Below, piece after piece: positions 22,467 through 31,549 of a stretch of DNA of 64,000 nucleotides. Location of the stretch: contig CAYYSJ010000005.1 of NCBI GenBank assembly GCA_964474445.1, positions 17,835 to 81,834 of the forward strand, read 5' to 3'. The stretch comes from an uncultured Gammaproteobacteria bacterium. GTDB taxonomy: Bacteria > Patescibacteriota > Microgenomatia > Levybacterales > UBA12049. Positions within the stretch are counted from its first letter, which is position 1; each line of letters begins with the position of its first letter. The position numbers and the translations under genes were made by a program. A model generated the notes under the pieces. The model saw only the letters and a list, made by a program, of their open reading frames with translations. It searched no databases and had not been told where the DNA came from.

Positions 22467-24689
22467 ACTTACGCTAAGTGGTGGTAAGGCAAGGAGTATC
22501 CACGCTAAATTAATCGTTATTGTTTTTTTCACTGGTGCAACATGGATTGCAGCAACAGTCGTTTTTTGTGCAGTATCAAAGGTTGTTCGCACGGTCCCTG
22601 AACCTCCTTGAGCAGTTGGTCCATTGGTGTTTTCAGTGATTGGATTTTGGTTGTTTGATGCGGTTGGTGTTGTTGCAAGTTGCGCTGGCTGCTGTGGTGC
22701 AGAACTTGGTGATGGAGATTGGGTTGGTGTTGCAATACTTTGTGTAGTTGTTTGTTGCGCATTTGTCTGTGTATTGGTATTGTTTTGTGGTGTTTGCGTA
22801 TGTTGTTTTGTCTGGCCCGGTGTCACAAAGTCGCCTACCCATTTCCCAAATACATTAACAACAGTAACAAACAGCTTGCCCTTTCCAACAATATTGTCAT
22901 TAACAAAGTTAACAATGTTCGCAAGAATTTTTGCATCCCCTGTTTGAACAGTGACATTTCCTCCGGTATTTTCATTTGCAATATTGCCACCAGTATTGGC
23001 AGAAAGAGTAAGTTTGTTGCCAACTGTACCTGTATTTTTTTGTTGTGTTGTTGTTTGGGAATTTTGCGTTGTTTGTGCGTTATTAGTACTCCCTGCTCCA
23101 TTTCCATTATTACTTGCACTTACATTTCCATTTGCATCACTCGTAATCGTAAGACCATTTGATGCAACAGTAGATCCACTGGGTGCCCCGATCAGCTGAC
23201 CAATCCACTGCCCTGCTTTGTTAACAAGGACAAGCCATAAGTTACCGTCTGAAATATTGGAGTTTGCGATATTCAACACATGTGAATCCGCGGACGCTTG
23301 TCCACTATTTACCGTTGTTGTACCACCCGTATTTCGTGTGGCATCATTTCCTCCTGTTGTACTAGTCGTTTGCAGATTGTTGTCGATGACAGCGTCATTT
23401 GTTTGAGAAAGAAGATTATGTGACATCTGATTTGCAACCGAAGTATTGCTACTGCCTGCTCCGTTTCCTGCATTACTTAAGGATGTATTTGTGTTGTTGC
23501 AGCCATTTGTGCAGGGATTAAACGAATCCAACACGCTTTGTGGCAGGATGATATCTCCCTGTAAGTTTCCATAAATATTCACAACACCGTAGACAACATT
23601 TCCTGAAGCGATATTATTGTTCAAAAATGTTAATGAGTTTGCGGATACATTGGCATTGCCTGTTTGAATCCCTGTATTTCCTCCCGTATTCTTGTTTGAG
23701 AGATTGTCTCCAGAATTTGCCGTGAGAACTAAATTATTTCCAACACTTCCATCATTGGTTTGTGTGAGGGAGGATTGAGACGTTTTGTTTGCTTGAGAAG
23801 TGTTAGTACTCCCTGCCCCATTGCCGATATTTTTCACTATTTCTCCTGGAACTGTTGTTGAACATCCACTAATACAATGTGCTCCAAAATCCAAGACAAG
23901 ATCACCAGTATGGTTGTCTGCAATATTGAATTCTGCAACTGCTACACCATCAACGTTCGTGTTTTGCGCGGTAATGATTGTTCCGGAAACATTTGCATCG
24001 CCTGTTTTGGTTGCTGTATCTCCAACATTTTCAGAAGCATTGTTTTTGCCTGTGACAGATGCTTGTGAAAGTGTTTGGGCAGAACTTGCAGTATTTGTTT
24101 GGACAGCACTCGTTGTATTGTTTGTTGATGTCGATGTTGCATTGGTAGATTGTGCTCCGTTTCCTGCATTTGTTGCATTTGATGATGATGGTGTTGGTGA
24201 GGCATCATGTGTTGTTCCAATTCCTGATGGGGACGTCGCTCCATTATTGTTTCCAGTTGTTGTACTGGTATTTTGTGGATTTGCGTTACCTGTTGTCACG
24301 GCGTTTGTCCCTGCTGGTGCAGAAGTTGGTGTGGGAGATGTAGAAACTGTTGGATCCCAATGAGGATCATTTTGCTGTGGATTCCCTCCAGAATTTACAC
24401 TTGGACTTTGTGTAGGGGTAGAAGTAGTTGGGGTATGTTCGTGAGGAGGATTGTTTGTAGTATTGTTCGTGTTACTTGTAGAGGTTTGTTGTTGCGGTGA
24501 TGGTGTTTGAGAAGTGGAAGGTACAGATGGAGCTGCTGGGGCGCTTGGTGCTGTTGGAGCACTGGGTGGTGTTTGTATCGTTGCTGCATGGATAGGAAGC
24601 GTGTTAAAAAGAATCATGCAGAGAATCAGTATGCCTGTGAAGAATTTTTTTAGACTGATTTCTCTATATTGTTTTATTTTATGTTTCAT
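22434..24689 (-). CDS. Secreted/surface Asn-Thr-Gly-rich tandem-repeat protein (751 aa) with a C-terminal hydrophobic anchor
   Basis: N-terminal signal peptide. Pro/Ser/Thr-rich linker. Three approximately 100-aa repeats (GNGAGS.N...NTGGN..V.TG.A...). C-terminus LAWILLALPPLSVSLLLFKLLKRK (TM plus basic tail). Confidence 0.6.
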   Translation of the reverse strand: MKHKIKQYREISLKKFFTGILILCMILFNTLPIHAATIQTPPSAPTAPSAPAAPSVPSTSQTPSPQQQTSTSNTNNTTNNPPHEHTPTTSTPTQSPSVNSGGNPQQNDPHWDPTVSTSPTPTSAPAGTNAVTTGNANPQNTSTTTGNNNGATSPSGIGTTHDASPTPSSSNATNAGNGAQSTNATSTSTNNTTSAVQTNTASSAQTLSQASVTGKNNASENVGDTATKTGDANVSGTIITAQNTNVDGVAVAEFNIADNHTGDLVLDFGAHCISGCSTTVPGEIVKNIGNGAGSTNTSQANKTSQSSLTQTNDGSVGNNLVLTANSGDNLSNKNTGGNTGIQTGNANVSANSLTFLNNNIASGNVVYGVVNIYGNLQGDIILPQSVLDSFNPCTNGCNNTNTSLSNAGNGAGSSNTSVANQMSHNLLSQTNDAVIDNNLQTTSTTGGNDATRNTGGTTTVNSGQASADSHVLNIANSNISDGNLWLVLVNKAGQWIGQLIGAPSGSTVASNGLTITSDANGNVSASNNGNGAGSTNNAQTTQNSQTTTQQKNTGTVGNKLTLSANTGGNIANENTGGNVTVQTGDAKILANIVNFVNDNIVGKGKLFVTVVNVFGKWVGDFVTPGQTKQHTQTPQNNTNTQTNAQQTTTQSIATPTQSPSPSSAPQQPAQLATTPTASNNQNPITENTNGPTAQGGSGTVRTTFDTAQKTTVAAIHVAPVKKTITINLAWILLALPPLSVSLLLFKLLKRK

Positions 24690-24785
24690 AGTTCTTTATT
24701 ATTGTTTCTTCTTTTTTTGTTGCTTTCGTCTTCCTGTAGGGTTTGGAGAGAAGTGCTTCTCCAAGATCCCTACAGAAAGAACTAG

Positions 24786-26024
24786 TTATAGATGCATAGA
24801 TCCAAGAGCATTACCCATATCAAAGGTAAAATTGAGATCTGTTCCTCCTGGAAGCTGCAATCCACCTGGCCCAAAGGTATTTACATTAGCATTGTTTCGT
24901 ACCGTTGTATCACTCCCTGAATGTCCAGTCACGACGTCGACTGGATCACCTCGGAATAGATTTCCTGTATTTCTGTTTGCATTGTTTTTACCGGTACTTC
25001 CTTTGCTGGTAACATCGTTTGATATCGCTGCGTTTCCATCTTGGAAGGCAGAAAGTTCGTCTGTCGAACGATGGGTAATATTGTTCTCAGATTGTGCTCC
25101 GTTTCCAGAGATTCTTCCAAAGACACCATCATCTCGAAGACATCCACAGTTACCTAAGTCTGCACTATTAAAGTTTGCTAATGTTCTGACACCAGTGCGG
25201 TTGGTTGCATTGCCTGTATCAACAGTAACGTTGCCATCGGTATTTTCATTTGCGTTATTTTTTCCTGTTGTTGCATCTGCATGAACTTTATTGCGAACAT
25301 CGGCTTGGTTGTCTTGTACCAAACTGACGGAGTTGTTACGGTTGAGATCTATCTGATTAGAAGACTCTGCACCGTTTCCATGGATACGCAATTCAGCTCC
25401 TGTACCATTTCCATTTCCTCCATCATTTCCCATTCTTGCCACATTGGCGTTCACTGCTGTACTCAGCGCTGTGTCATTGGCTGCATGTCCTGTAAGGACT
25501 GACACATCTCCTCCTGTATTCCTATCTGCATTGTTGTGACCTGTCCTTGCGTTTGCAGTGACATCATTCGTCACGTTTGCTTCATTGTTTTGGAAAAGAG
25601 ATGTATTACGGGTTGTGTCAACAGAAGCATTATTGTTGGAATTAAAACCATTACCAGAAAGGGTAACGGTTGATTGTCCATCTCCGTTGCAGTTACAGTT
25701 TCCTACATCTGCAACATTTGCATTTGCTCGTGTTCTAACATCAGTCGTGTTACGAGCATTTCCTGTATCAATACTGACATTCCCTCCCGTATTTTCATTT
25801 GCTCTATTTCCTCCTGTTGTTGCATCTGAATGGACGTTATTGGAAATGTCTGCGTTATTGTCTTGGACAACTGTTGTCTTTTTGTTGGAAGTGGTATCTA
25901 CAGAATTATTCGATTCTGCTCCATTTCCGTTGATGCGTAATGTGGAATCTGCGAATACCATTGGCGTTAATGCATTAAGTAAAAGAGTTCCACTTGCGAA
26001 CATCGTCAGTAATTGTTTTTGCAT
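24786..26024 (-). CDS. Secreted Asn-Thr-Gly-rich tandem-repeat protein (412 aa), paralogous repeat type to the upstream gene
   Basis: Signal peptide. About 3.5 approximately 100-aa repeats (NGNGAES.N...TTG.N.ANENTGGNV..DTGNA...) with conserved CNC/CGC pairs. Confidence 0.6.
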   Translation of the reverse strand: MQKQLLTMFASGTLLLNALTPMVFADSTLRINGNGAESNNSVDTTSNKKTTVVQDNNADISNNVHSDATTGGNRANENTGGNVSIDTGNARNTTDVRTRANANVADVGNCNCNGDGQSTVTLSGNGFNSNNNASVDTTRNTSLFQNNEANVTNDVTANARTGHNNADRNTGGDVSVLTGHAANDTALSTAVNANVARMGNDGGNGNGTGAELRIHGNGAESSNQIDLNRNNSVSLVQDNQADVRNKVHADATTGKNNANENTDGNVTVDTGNATNRTGVRTLANFNSADLGNCGCLRDDGVFGRISGNGAQSENNITHRSTDELSAFQDGNAAISNDVTSKGSTGKNNANRNTGNLFRGDPVDVVTGHSGSDTTVRNNANVNTFGPGGLQLPGGTDLNFTFDMGNALGSMHL

Positions 26025-26189
26025 ATATTCTGTTCACCCCCTTTCCTTTCAAAGATCCTGTTTTTCTCAGGCGCACTTCAGCGCAAACTGTAGAGAGTAG
26101 CTCTTAAGGAGAAGTTAATAAGCAGTAAGACTTGGGTAATAACAAAGATGAAGTGACAAAAACAATTATGAATGGTCAAAGAACAGATG

Positions 26190-26795
26190 TTATTTTTTCA
26201 GAGGAATATTAATGACTGTTTTTTGTCCATTGATTTCTCCAACATGCAGCTTCACGTCTTTTATTGTGTCATTCACTGGTAAACCAATTCGTGTATATTT
26301 TGTTGAAATTGGTTGGATGGTAACAGGATCATTGTGAATTTCTGGAGCCAACAACTCTGGATGATTATCAAGACTAATTCGGATAAAATCGCGACTATTC
26401 AGTTGCATACTTTGTGTACTTGGATTACCAATTTTTAAATTGAGGATAAGAAATGTTCTTCCTGCAACTGCGTCTGCTTTTTGTCCTTGCAAAATAATTT
26501 GATCTTGTAAATCCAGAGATTGAATAGTATAGGTAACTTGCGTAATGACGTCTCCCTTATCATCTCTCACAGGAAATGAGAAATCTTTATTAATCGTTTT
26601 AGAATAATAGGGTTTGGCAACACTGATTTTTGTAGGAGACTTTTTCGCTGTTTGATTCCCGACAACATATGCAGCGATAATAAGAAGAACAACAAGGAGG
26701 ATTTTTCCTCCTGTCCATACTGTTCTTTTTGCAATCACTCCTTTCTTGGAAGAAGTTGTTGTGGGTTGATAGATAGCAAGTGGACTGATATGCAT
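26190..26795 (-). CDS. Membrane-anchored DUF4352-like (Ig-like) protein
   Basis: Single N-terminal TM, then a beta-rich domain (FLILNLKIGNPS...). Confidence 0.35.
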   Translation of the reverse strand: MHISPLAIYQPTTTSSKKGVIAKRTVWTGGKILLVVLLIIAAYVVGNQTAKKSPTKISVAKPYYSKTINKDFSFPVRDDKGDVITQVTYTIQSLDLQDQIILQGQKADAVAGRTFLILNLKIGNPSTQSMQLNSRDFIRISLDNHPELLAPEIHNDPVTIQPISTKYTRIGLPVNDTIKDVKLHVGEINGQKTVINIPLKK

Positions 26796-26798
26796 AGA

Positions 26799-27224
26799 TT
26801 AGTCACAGAGTGCATGGATAAAAATTGTTGTCGATGTTTCCTTTGCACCTTTGCCAATAATAATGGAAAGTTGTTGATGATTTTTTTCTCCAACAAGCAT
26901 GTTTGATGATGTTCCGTTCGTGTTGTCGACAATATCGGTTACAATGGAAAATTGTTCCTGTTGTAGCTTTTCTTTATACCATTCCACAACATGCAATGGT
27001 TCGTCTGTTGTTTCTAAACGCACATATTCTTGTTGATTGTCTTTTACTATTGTTTTGGGGTAAAAAAATGCTGAAGGACAGGGTTTTTGTAGTGGCAGTT
27101 GGGATATTTTTGTTTGTGTTTTAGTGTTTGCAAGGGTAAGTTGTTGCTGTTTATTCCACGACGAGACATATACTTGAAAAAGAATTACTGCAATAAGAAA
27201 AAAAAGAGGCCAATATTTTTTCAT
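26799..27224 (-). CDS. Small membrane-anchored hypothetical protein
   Basis: N-terminal TM helix and ORF adjacency. Confidence 0.3.
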   Translation of the reverse strand: MKKYWPLFFLIAVILFQVYVSSWNKQQQLTLANTKTQTKISQLPLQKPCPSAFFYPKTIVKDNQQEYVRLETTDEPLHVVEWYKEKLQQEQFSIVTDIVDNTNGTSSNMLVGEKNHQQLSIIIGKGAKETSTTIFIHALCD

Positions 27225-27301
27225 ACAAAGCAGTCAGGCAACATCATAAAAATACCTATTATGAAACTTTGTTGAATTGTGTAAGACTTACGTAACAAGG
27301 A

Positions 27302-28891
27302 CTATGTTTTCGGAATACGAAATGAAAACGTAGAACCTTTGCCTGGTGTACTTGCCACAGACATATCTCCTCCATGGGCTTTCACAATTTGTGATGAGAT
27401 ATACAGGCCAAGGCCAAGTCCCTGCGTAAATTGTGTTTGTTTTTGCTCTCCTCGATAAAACCGTTCAAAAATCTTTCTAGCAACATCTTTTGACATCCCT
27501 ATGCCAAAATCGGTGACGTGAATCAACATATCTTTTCTTCTATTCTCGAGTGTTACCAGAATACGTGTTGCCTCAGGAGAATATTTAATTGCGTTATTGA
27601 GGAGATTAATCAGGACTTCTTCTATTTTTCTTTTATCTATCATGATTGATGTTTTAATGGTACCCTTTTTGATAATGCGATGTTGTTTTTCAGAAGACTG
27701 TATTGTTTCGATAATCTCTTGAACAAGTTGATTGATATCAACTTGTTCTTTGTTCAGTATGACTGATCCTTTTTGAATTTGTGAGACATCAAGGAGTGTT
27801 GTGATCAAATCAAAAAGTCTCTGCAATTGGTTTGATGCTTTTTTTAGATAATTTTGTGCATCCTTGTCTGGATGCGTTTGATAATATTTTTGCAATAATT
27901 GTAAATACAAAGCGGTACTGGAAACTGGATTTTTTAGTTCATGAGCAGCAATACTAATAAAATCTTCTTTTTCTTGTTCTTGACGTTTTACGTCTGTTGT
28001 GTCTCGAAAAAGTTTAATAAATCCATAGAATTGATTATTACTTGTCCAGAGTGGAGTAGTAAATCCACTTGAGAAAAACCGTGACCCATTTTTCTTTTGT
28101 AACTGATTTTCATCTGTTGATTTTCCATAACGAAGAGCTTTCACAAACTCTTTTTCTGGTATATTTTTTTCTTTATCCTCTTGTGTATACAAAATTGAAA
28201 TAAATTTACTCTGAAGCTCTCCTCTCTTATATCCAGTAAGACGATAGACACCTTCATTTGCATCAGTAATATATCCCCTTTTATTAAAGAAAATAATGCC
28301 GTAATCTGTTGTATTTTCAAGAAGAAGTTGAAATGAGAGTTTTATTGATTCTGCTTGTGTCGTTGCATTTTTTAGATTAGCAATGAAATAACTTACCACG
28401 ATACCCTCAATACCATAGAGAAGAAGAACAACGACGTTTCTTATCGGATGTATGGCAAAACTCCAAAATGGAGGAACAGCAATATATGAGACAACAAATA
28501 TTCCTAAAAGCGTTGCGAGAAGACCAGAATACAACCCTGCTAACCAACTGCTAAAAATAACTGGGAATAAAAAAAGAAACAATTGTACATTGGAAAAAAC
28601 CTGGGAAAACTGGATTTTTATAATAAGCACAACAAGGACAGTGATAATAGGAAATCCAAACCCTCTCACCCAAGAAGAAATGACTTCCTGCATCTCTTGT
28701 TGAGGAGTTTTCTCAGGCTCATGGTTTCGAAATTCTCTGATAACTGCCTTAATGATATTTTCCTTCTGTATTTGTTTCAATGAAGGAATTCGTGGAGGCA
28801 TATAGTATTGGTTTTCTGTGTCTACTATCTGTGGTATCAGTAAAAATTTATAGAGAAATTCGTAAGAATGTTTCAAGATTACAGATAACAA
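27302..28891 (-). CDS. Membrane sensor histidine kinase (TM - PAS - HisKA - HATPase_c); an alternative start at 28801 is possible
   Basis: H-box ISIAAHELKNPVSS. N, G1 and G2 boxes (NLLNNAIKYS, DFGIGM, GLGLGLYIS). Four N-terminal TM helices. No adjacent response regulator. Confidence 0.8.
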   Translation of the reverse strand: MLSVILKHSYEFLYKFLLIPQIVDTENQYYMPPRIPSLKQIQKENIIKAVIREFRNHEPEKTPQQEMQEVISSWVRGFGFPIITVLVVLIIKIQFSQVFSNVQLFLFLFPVIFSSWLAGLYSGLLATLLGIFVVSYIAVPPFWSFAIHPIRNVVVLLLYGIEGIVVSYFIANLKNATTQAESIKLSFQLLLENTTDYGIIFFNKRGYITDANEGVYRLTGYKRGELQSKFISILYTQEDKEKNIPEKEFVKALRYGKSTDENQLQKKNGSRFFSSGFTTPLWTSNNQFYGFIKLFRDTTDVKRQEQEKEDFISIAAHELKNPVSSTALYLQLLQKYYQTHPDKDAQNYLKKASNQLQRLFDLITTLLDVSQIQKGSVILNKEQVDINQLVQEIIETIQSSEKQHRIIKKGTIKTSIMIDKRKIEEVLINLLNNAIKYSPEATRILVTLENRRKDMLIHVTDFGIGMSKDVARKIFERFYRGEQKQTQFTQGLGLGLYISSQIVKAHGGDMSVASTPGKGSTFSFRIPKT

Positions 28892-28938
28892 TACCTATTG
28901 ACAAGGTTAAAATTAGTGTGCTTAACTTAAACTGTAGG

Positions 28939-29481
28939 ATGAAAAAACTGTCCAACCTCATTCGATGTTTTTCAATAAAACCTCAAGCTGGATTTACTCT
29001 TATCGAACTGCTTGTTGTTATTGGTATTTTAGGTGTGTTAGCAGCTGCACTGGTCGCAACAATTGATCCTTTTGAGCAGTTGAAAAAGGCAAATGATGCC
29101 AATATAAAAAATACTGCAGTTGAATTTATTAACGCGAATATTCGTTACTATACAACCCACAATCAAATGCCATGGATCGCTAATTGTTTGGGTGCTGGAG
29201 CAACTGCTCCATCTGGAAATCCATTATATCCTAACCTGACTGGTTGTTTAGTAAGCTTGGTTGGAGATGGAGAAATTAAAAGTGCCTTTACGACGGTAAC
29301 TGGCGTCTTAAGTAGTATTACCATTACCGGGGATGCGAACTCGGTGACTGCATGTTTCTTACCACAATCAAAAGCGCAACGAGCAGATGGGAATACGAGA
29401 TGGAATAATACTGGTTCTGCTACAATAGCACCAGCAAGCTGTGGACCTACCTCAACGCTTTGTTACTGGTGTTCACAGTAA
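28939..29481 (+). CDS. Type IV (major) pilin with a class III signal peptide
   Basis: Prepilin cleavage motif KPQAG/FTLIELLVVIGILGVLAAAL after the internal ATG at 28939. C-terminal Cys pair. Confidence 0.8.
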   Translation: MKKLSNLIRCFSIKPQAGFTLIELLVVIGILGVLAAALVATIDPFEQLKKANDANIKNTAVEFINANIRYYTTHNQMPWIANCLGAGATAPSGNPLYPNLTGCLVSLVGDGEIKSAFTTVTGVLSSITITGDANSVTACFLPQSKAQRADGNTRWNNTGSATIAPASCGPTSTLCYWCSQ

Positions 29482-31508
29482 CAAACCTCATGATAAAAAA
29501 ACACATACAAGCATCCATACTTATTGTTGTCGTTTTTATTCTGTATCTACACAACCTTTCTCGTAGTGTGTATGGTGGAGATGTTGGAGATTTAGTCACT
29601 GCTGCTTCTCTTATGGGTGTTGCCCATCCTCCTGGTTACCCTCTCTTTACTTTCCTCGGATTCTTGTTAACACGTTTGACATTCCTGCACCTTCCTCAGG
29701 CATTTTTAGTAGGACTGATTTCTGTTTTTTCGGCAGTGATAGGTGTCGGAGCTTTTTACGCTTTGACTTTCCAGTTGTCAAAAAATAGACTCTCCTCTCT
29801 TCTTGCAACTGCTATTCTTTCGTTCTCTTTTCTCTATTGGTTCTATGCTGAAATTGCAGAAGTATTTGCGCTCAACAGCATGTTTGCCATTTTGTTACTC
29901 CTTGTTGCACTCCTTTTCCGAAAAAAACCAACATTATCTCTCTTAGGAATCTTCTCCTTTCTCCTTGGCCTTTCCATTACAAATCATCAAACAATTATTC
30001 TTCTCTTTCCATCCCTAGCTCTTCTTACTGTCAAACCAGTGTGGCATATGGTGAAAACAGCAAAAAAAGCAATTGGAATTGTTTGTATAGGCGTACTCAT
30101 AGGTATGTTGCCCTATAGCTATATCCCCTTTGCAGCATCGCACCACCCGATTGTGAATTGGGATAATGTTCATGATCTTCGTTCATTCTTGCATCTTGTC
30201 TTACGACAGGATTATGGAACATTTCAGGCAGGTATTTTTGAAAAGCCGACCTTGTTACAACGACTTGTTACACTCAAGGTATATAGTCTTTATCTTATCT
30301 CACAAGTAACAATTCCCGTTGTTTTGGTAAGTTTTCTAGGATTTGTGACACTTTGGAAAAAGGAGAGAATAGTCAGTATTGCACTGTTTCTTGCATTTCT
30401 TCTTTCAGGACCAGTGTTTATCGCATATGCAGGATTTCCGTTAACAGGTAGTTTTATTTTAGGGGTGTATGAACGCTTTTTCCTCCTCTCATCCATTGTG
30501 CTTCTTATCCCCTTTTCTGTAGGAATTCTATGGATTGCGACGCGTCTGAGTTCAATTCTTTCAAGAAAAATCTATATCTCTGTTTTCCAGCTCGTTTTTT
30601 TCCTTATTCCACTGGCACTGTTGCTGTATAACTTTCCCAAAACAGATCTTTCATCAGTCATGGTTGGAGATACCTATGCAGAAGATCTTCTCAATTCTCT
30701 CCCTCAAAACTCTTTGCTGGTATTTAGCGGAGATACCCTTGTTTTTAACACATGGTATGTCCACTATGTACGACATGTCAGACCAGATATTACGCTGTAT
30801 AATTTTGGAGGTGAAGTGCAGAATGCCTCTTCACGTCTTACCCCAATACAGAGAGTGGAAAATAAATTGAATACATTGGTTGCAACGTTGATAGAGAATG
30901 CAAAAGAACGTCCTGTTTTCTCTTCAGTGCTTTTAGAACCAACAAACGATAGGAAAAAAATAACCTGGATTCCTTATGGATTGGTATACAAATTGAGTTC
31001 TTCATCAGACGGCCTTCCTGGAAAAGATGCCTATGTCCCAGACCAAAAACGTTTATGGTCTATGTTTCATCTTCCAACCCAGGAGGAGATGAAAAAAAAT
31101 GTCTTTCATAATTTAACGATTGCAGCATTCCCAACTGCTTTCTCTGATGCTGCTCTGACGACAGGAACATTTATCTATACCAAGTATGCTGACAGTGAGG
31201 ATGCCATGTCATATTATCAAAAAGCCCTTGCCTTAGATCCTGGTAATGCGAAAGCGTACGAAACACTTGGAGCATATTATGTTGGTGTAAGTGGAAAATG
31301 TTCTGAGGTTGTTGGTAATTTGAGCAAATCTCTTTATTTGAATCCGTTTGAAAAGCTTCCGTATTTTCTGTTATATGCAACGTATAAAGATTGTTATCAC
31401 AGAATGGATATTGCGAAAAAAATTGCATTGCAATTTAATACAGTCTTTCAGCAGGATTTTACAAAAGAAATGAAAAATCAAGTTTCTGCAACACTTTTCT
31501 CTCAGTAG
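29460..31508 (+). CDS. GT-C fold membrane protein of the DUF2723/TMEM260 family with a C-terminal TPR domain (putative protein O-glycosyltransferase)
   Basis: N-terminal GGDVGDLVTAASLMGVAHPPGYPLF motif, which is the DUF2723 hallmark. At least 10 TM helices. C-terminal TPR-like YYQKALALDPGNAKAYETLGAYY. Confidence 0.55.
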   Translation: MLLVFTVTNLMIKKHIQASILIVVVFILYLHNLSRSVYGGDVGDLVTAASLMGVAHPPGYPLFTFLGFLLTRLTFLHLPQAFLVGLISVFSAVIGVGAFYALTFQLSKNRLSSLLATAILSFSFLYWFYAEIAEVFALNSMFAILLLLVALLFRKKPTLSLLGIFSFLLGLSITNHQTIILLFPSLALLTVKPVWHMVKTAKKAIGIVCIGVLIGMLPYSYIPFAASHHPIVNWDNVHDLRSFLHLVLRQDYGTFQAGIFEKPTLLQRLVTLKVYSLYLISQVTIPVVLVSFLGFVTLWKKERIVSIALFLAFLLSGPVFIAYAGFPLTGSFILGVYERFFLLSSIVLLIPFSVGILWIATRLSSILSRKIYISVFQLVFFLIPLALLLYNFPKTDLSSVMVGDTYAEDLLNSLPQNSLLVFSGDTLVFNTWYVHYVRHVRPDITLYNFGGEVQNASSRLTPIQRVENKLNTLVATLIENAKERPVFSSVLLEPTNDRKKITWIPYGLVYKLSSSSDGLPGKDAYVPDQKRLWSMFHLPTQEEMKKNVFHNLTIAAFPTAFSDAALTTGTFIYTKYADSEDAMSYYQKALALDPGNAKAYETLGAYYVGVSGKCSEVVGNLSKSLYLNPFEKLPYFLLYATYKDCYHRMDIAKKIALQFNTVFQQDFTKEMKNQVSATLFSQ

Positions 31509-31549
31509 TTTTGCTTGTTTGCATGCTTTTCTCATAGTATACTGAAACC

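Noticed and set aside
22529-25502. Numerous ORFs on both strands overlapping the two repeat-protein genes (e.g. 22624-23162, 23800-24363, 23942-24244, 24514-25284)
   Set aside because: They are products of the repetitive, low-complexity DNA (Cys/Val-rich or Gln/His-rich nonsense frames). The sense frames with signal peptides and coherent repeats are the credible genes.
28780-28938. N-terminal 53-codon extension of the major pilin ORF proposed by the ORF track (start 28780)
   Set aside because: The extension overlaps the divergent histidine-kinase start and has no pilin-like sequence. The internal ATG at 28939 gives a canonical short leader (MKKLSNLIRCFSIKPQAG/FTLIE) for a prepilin.
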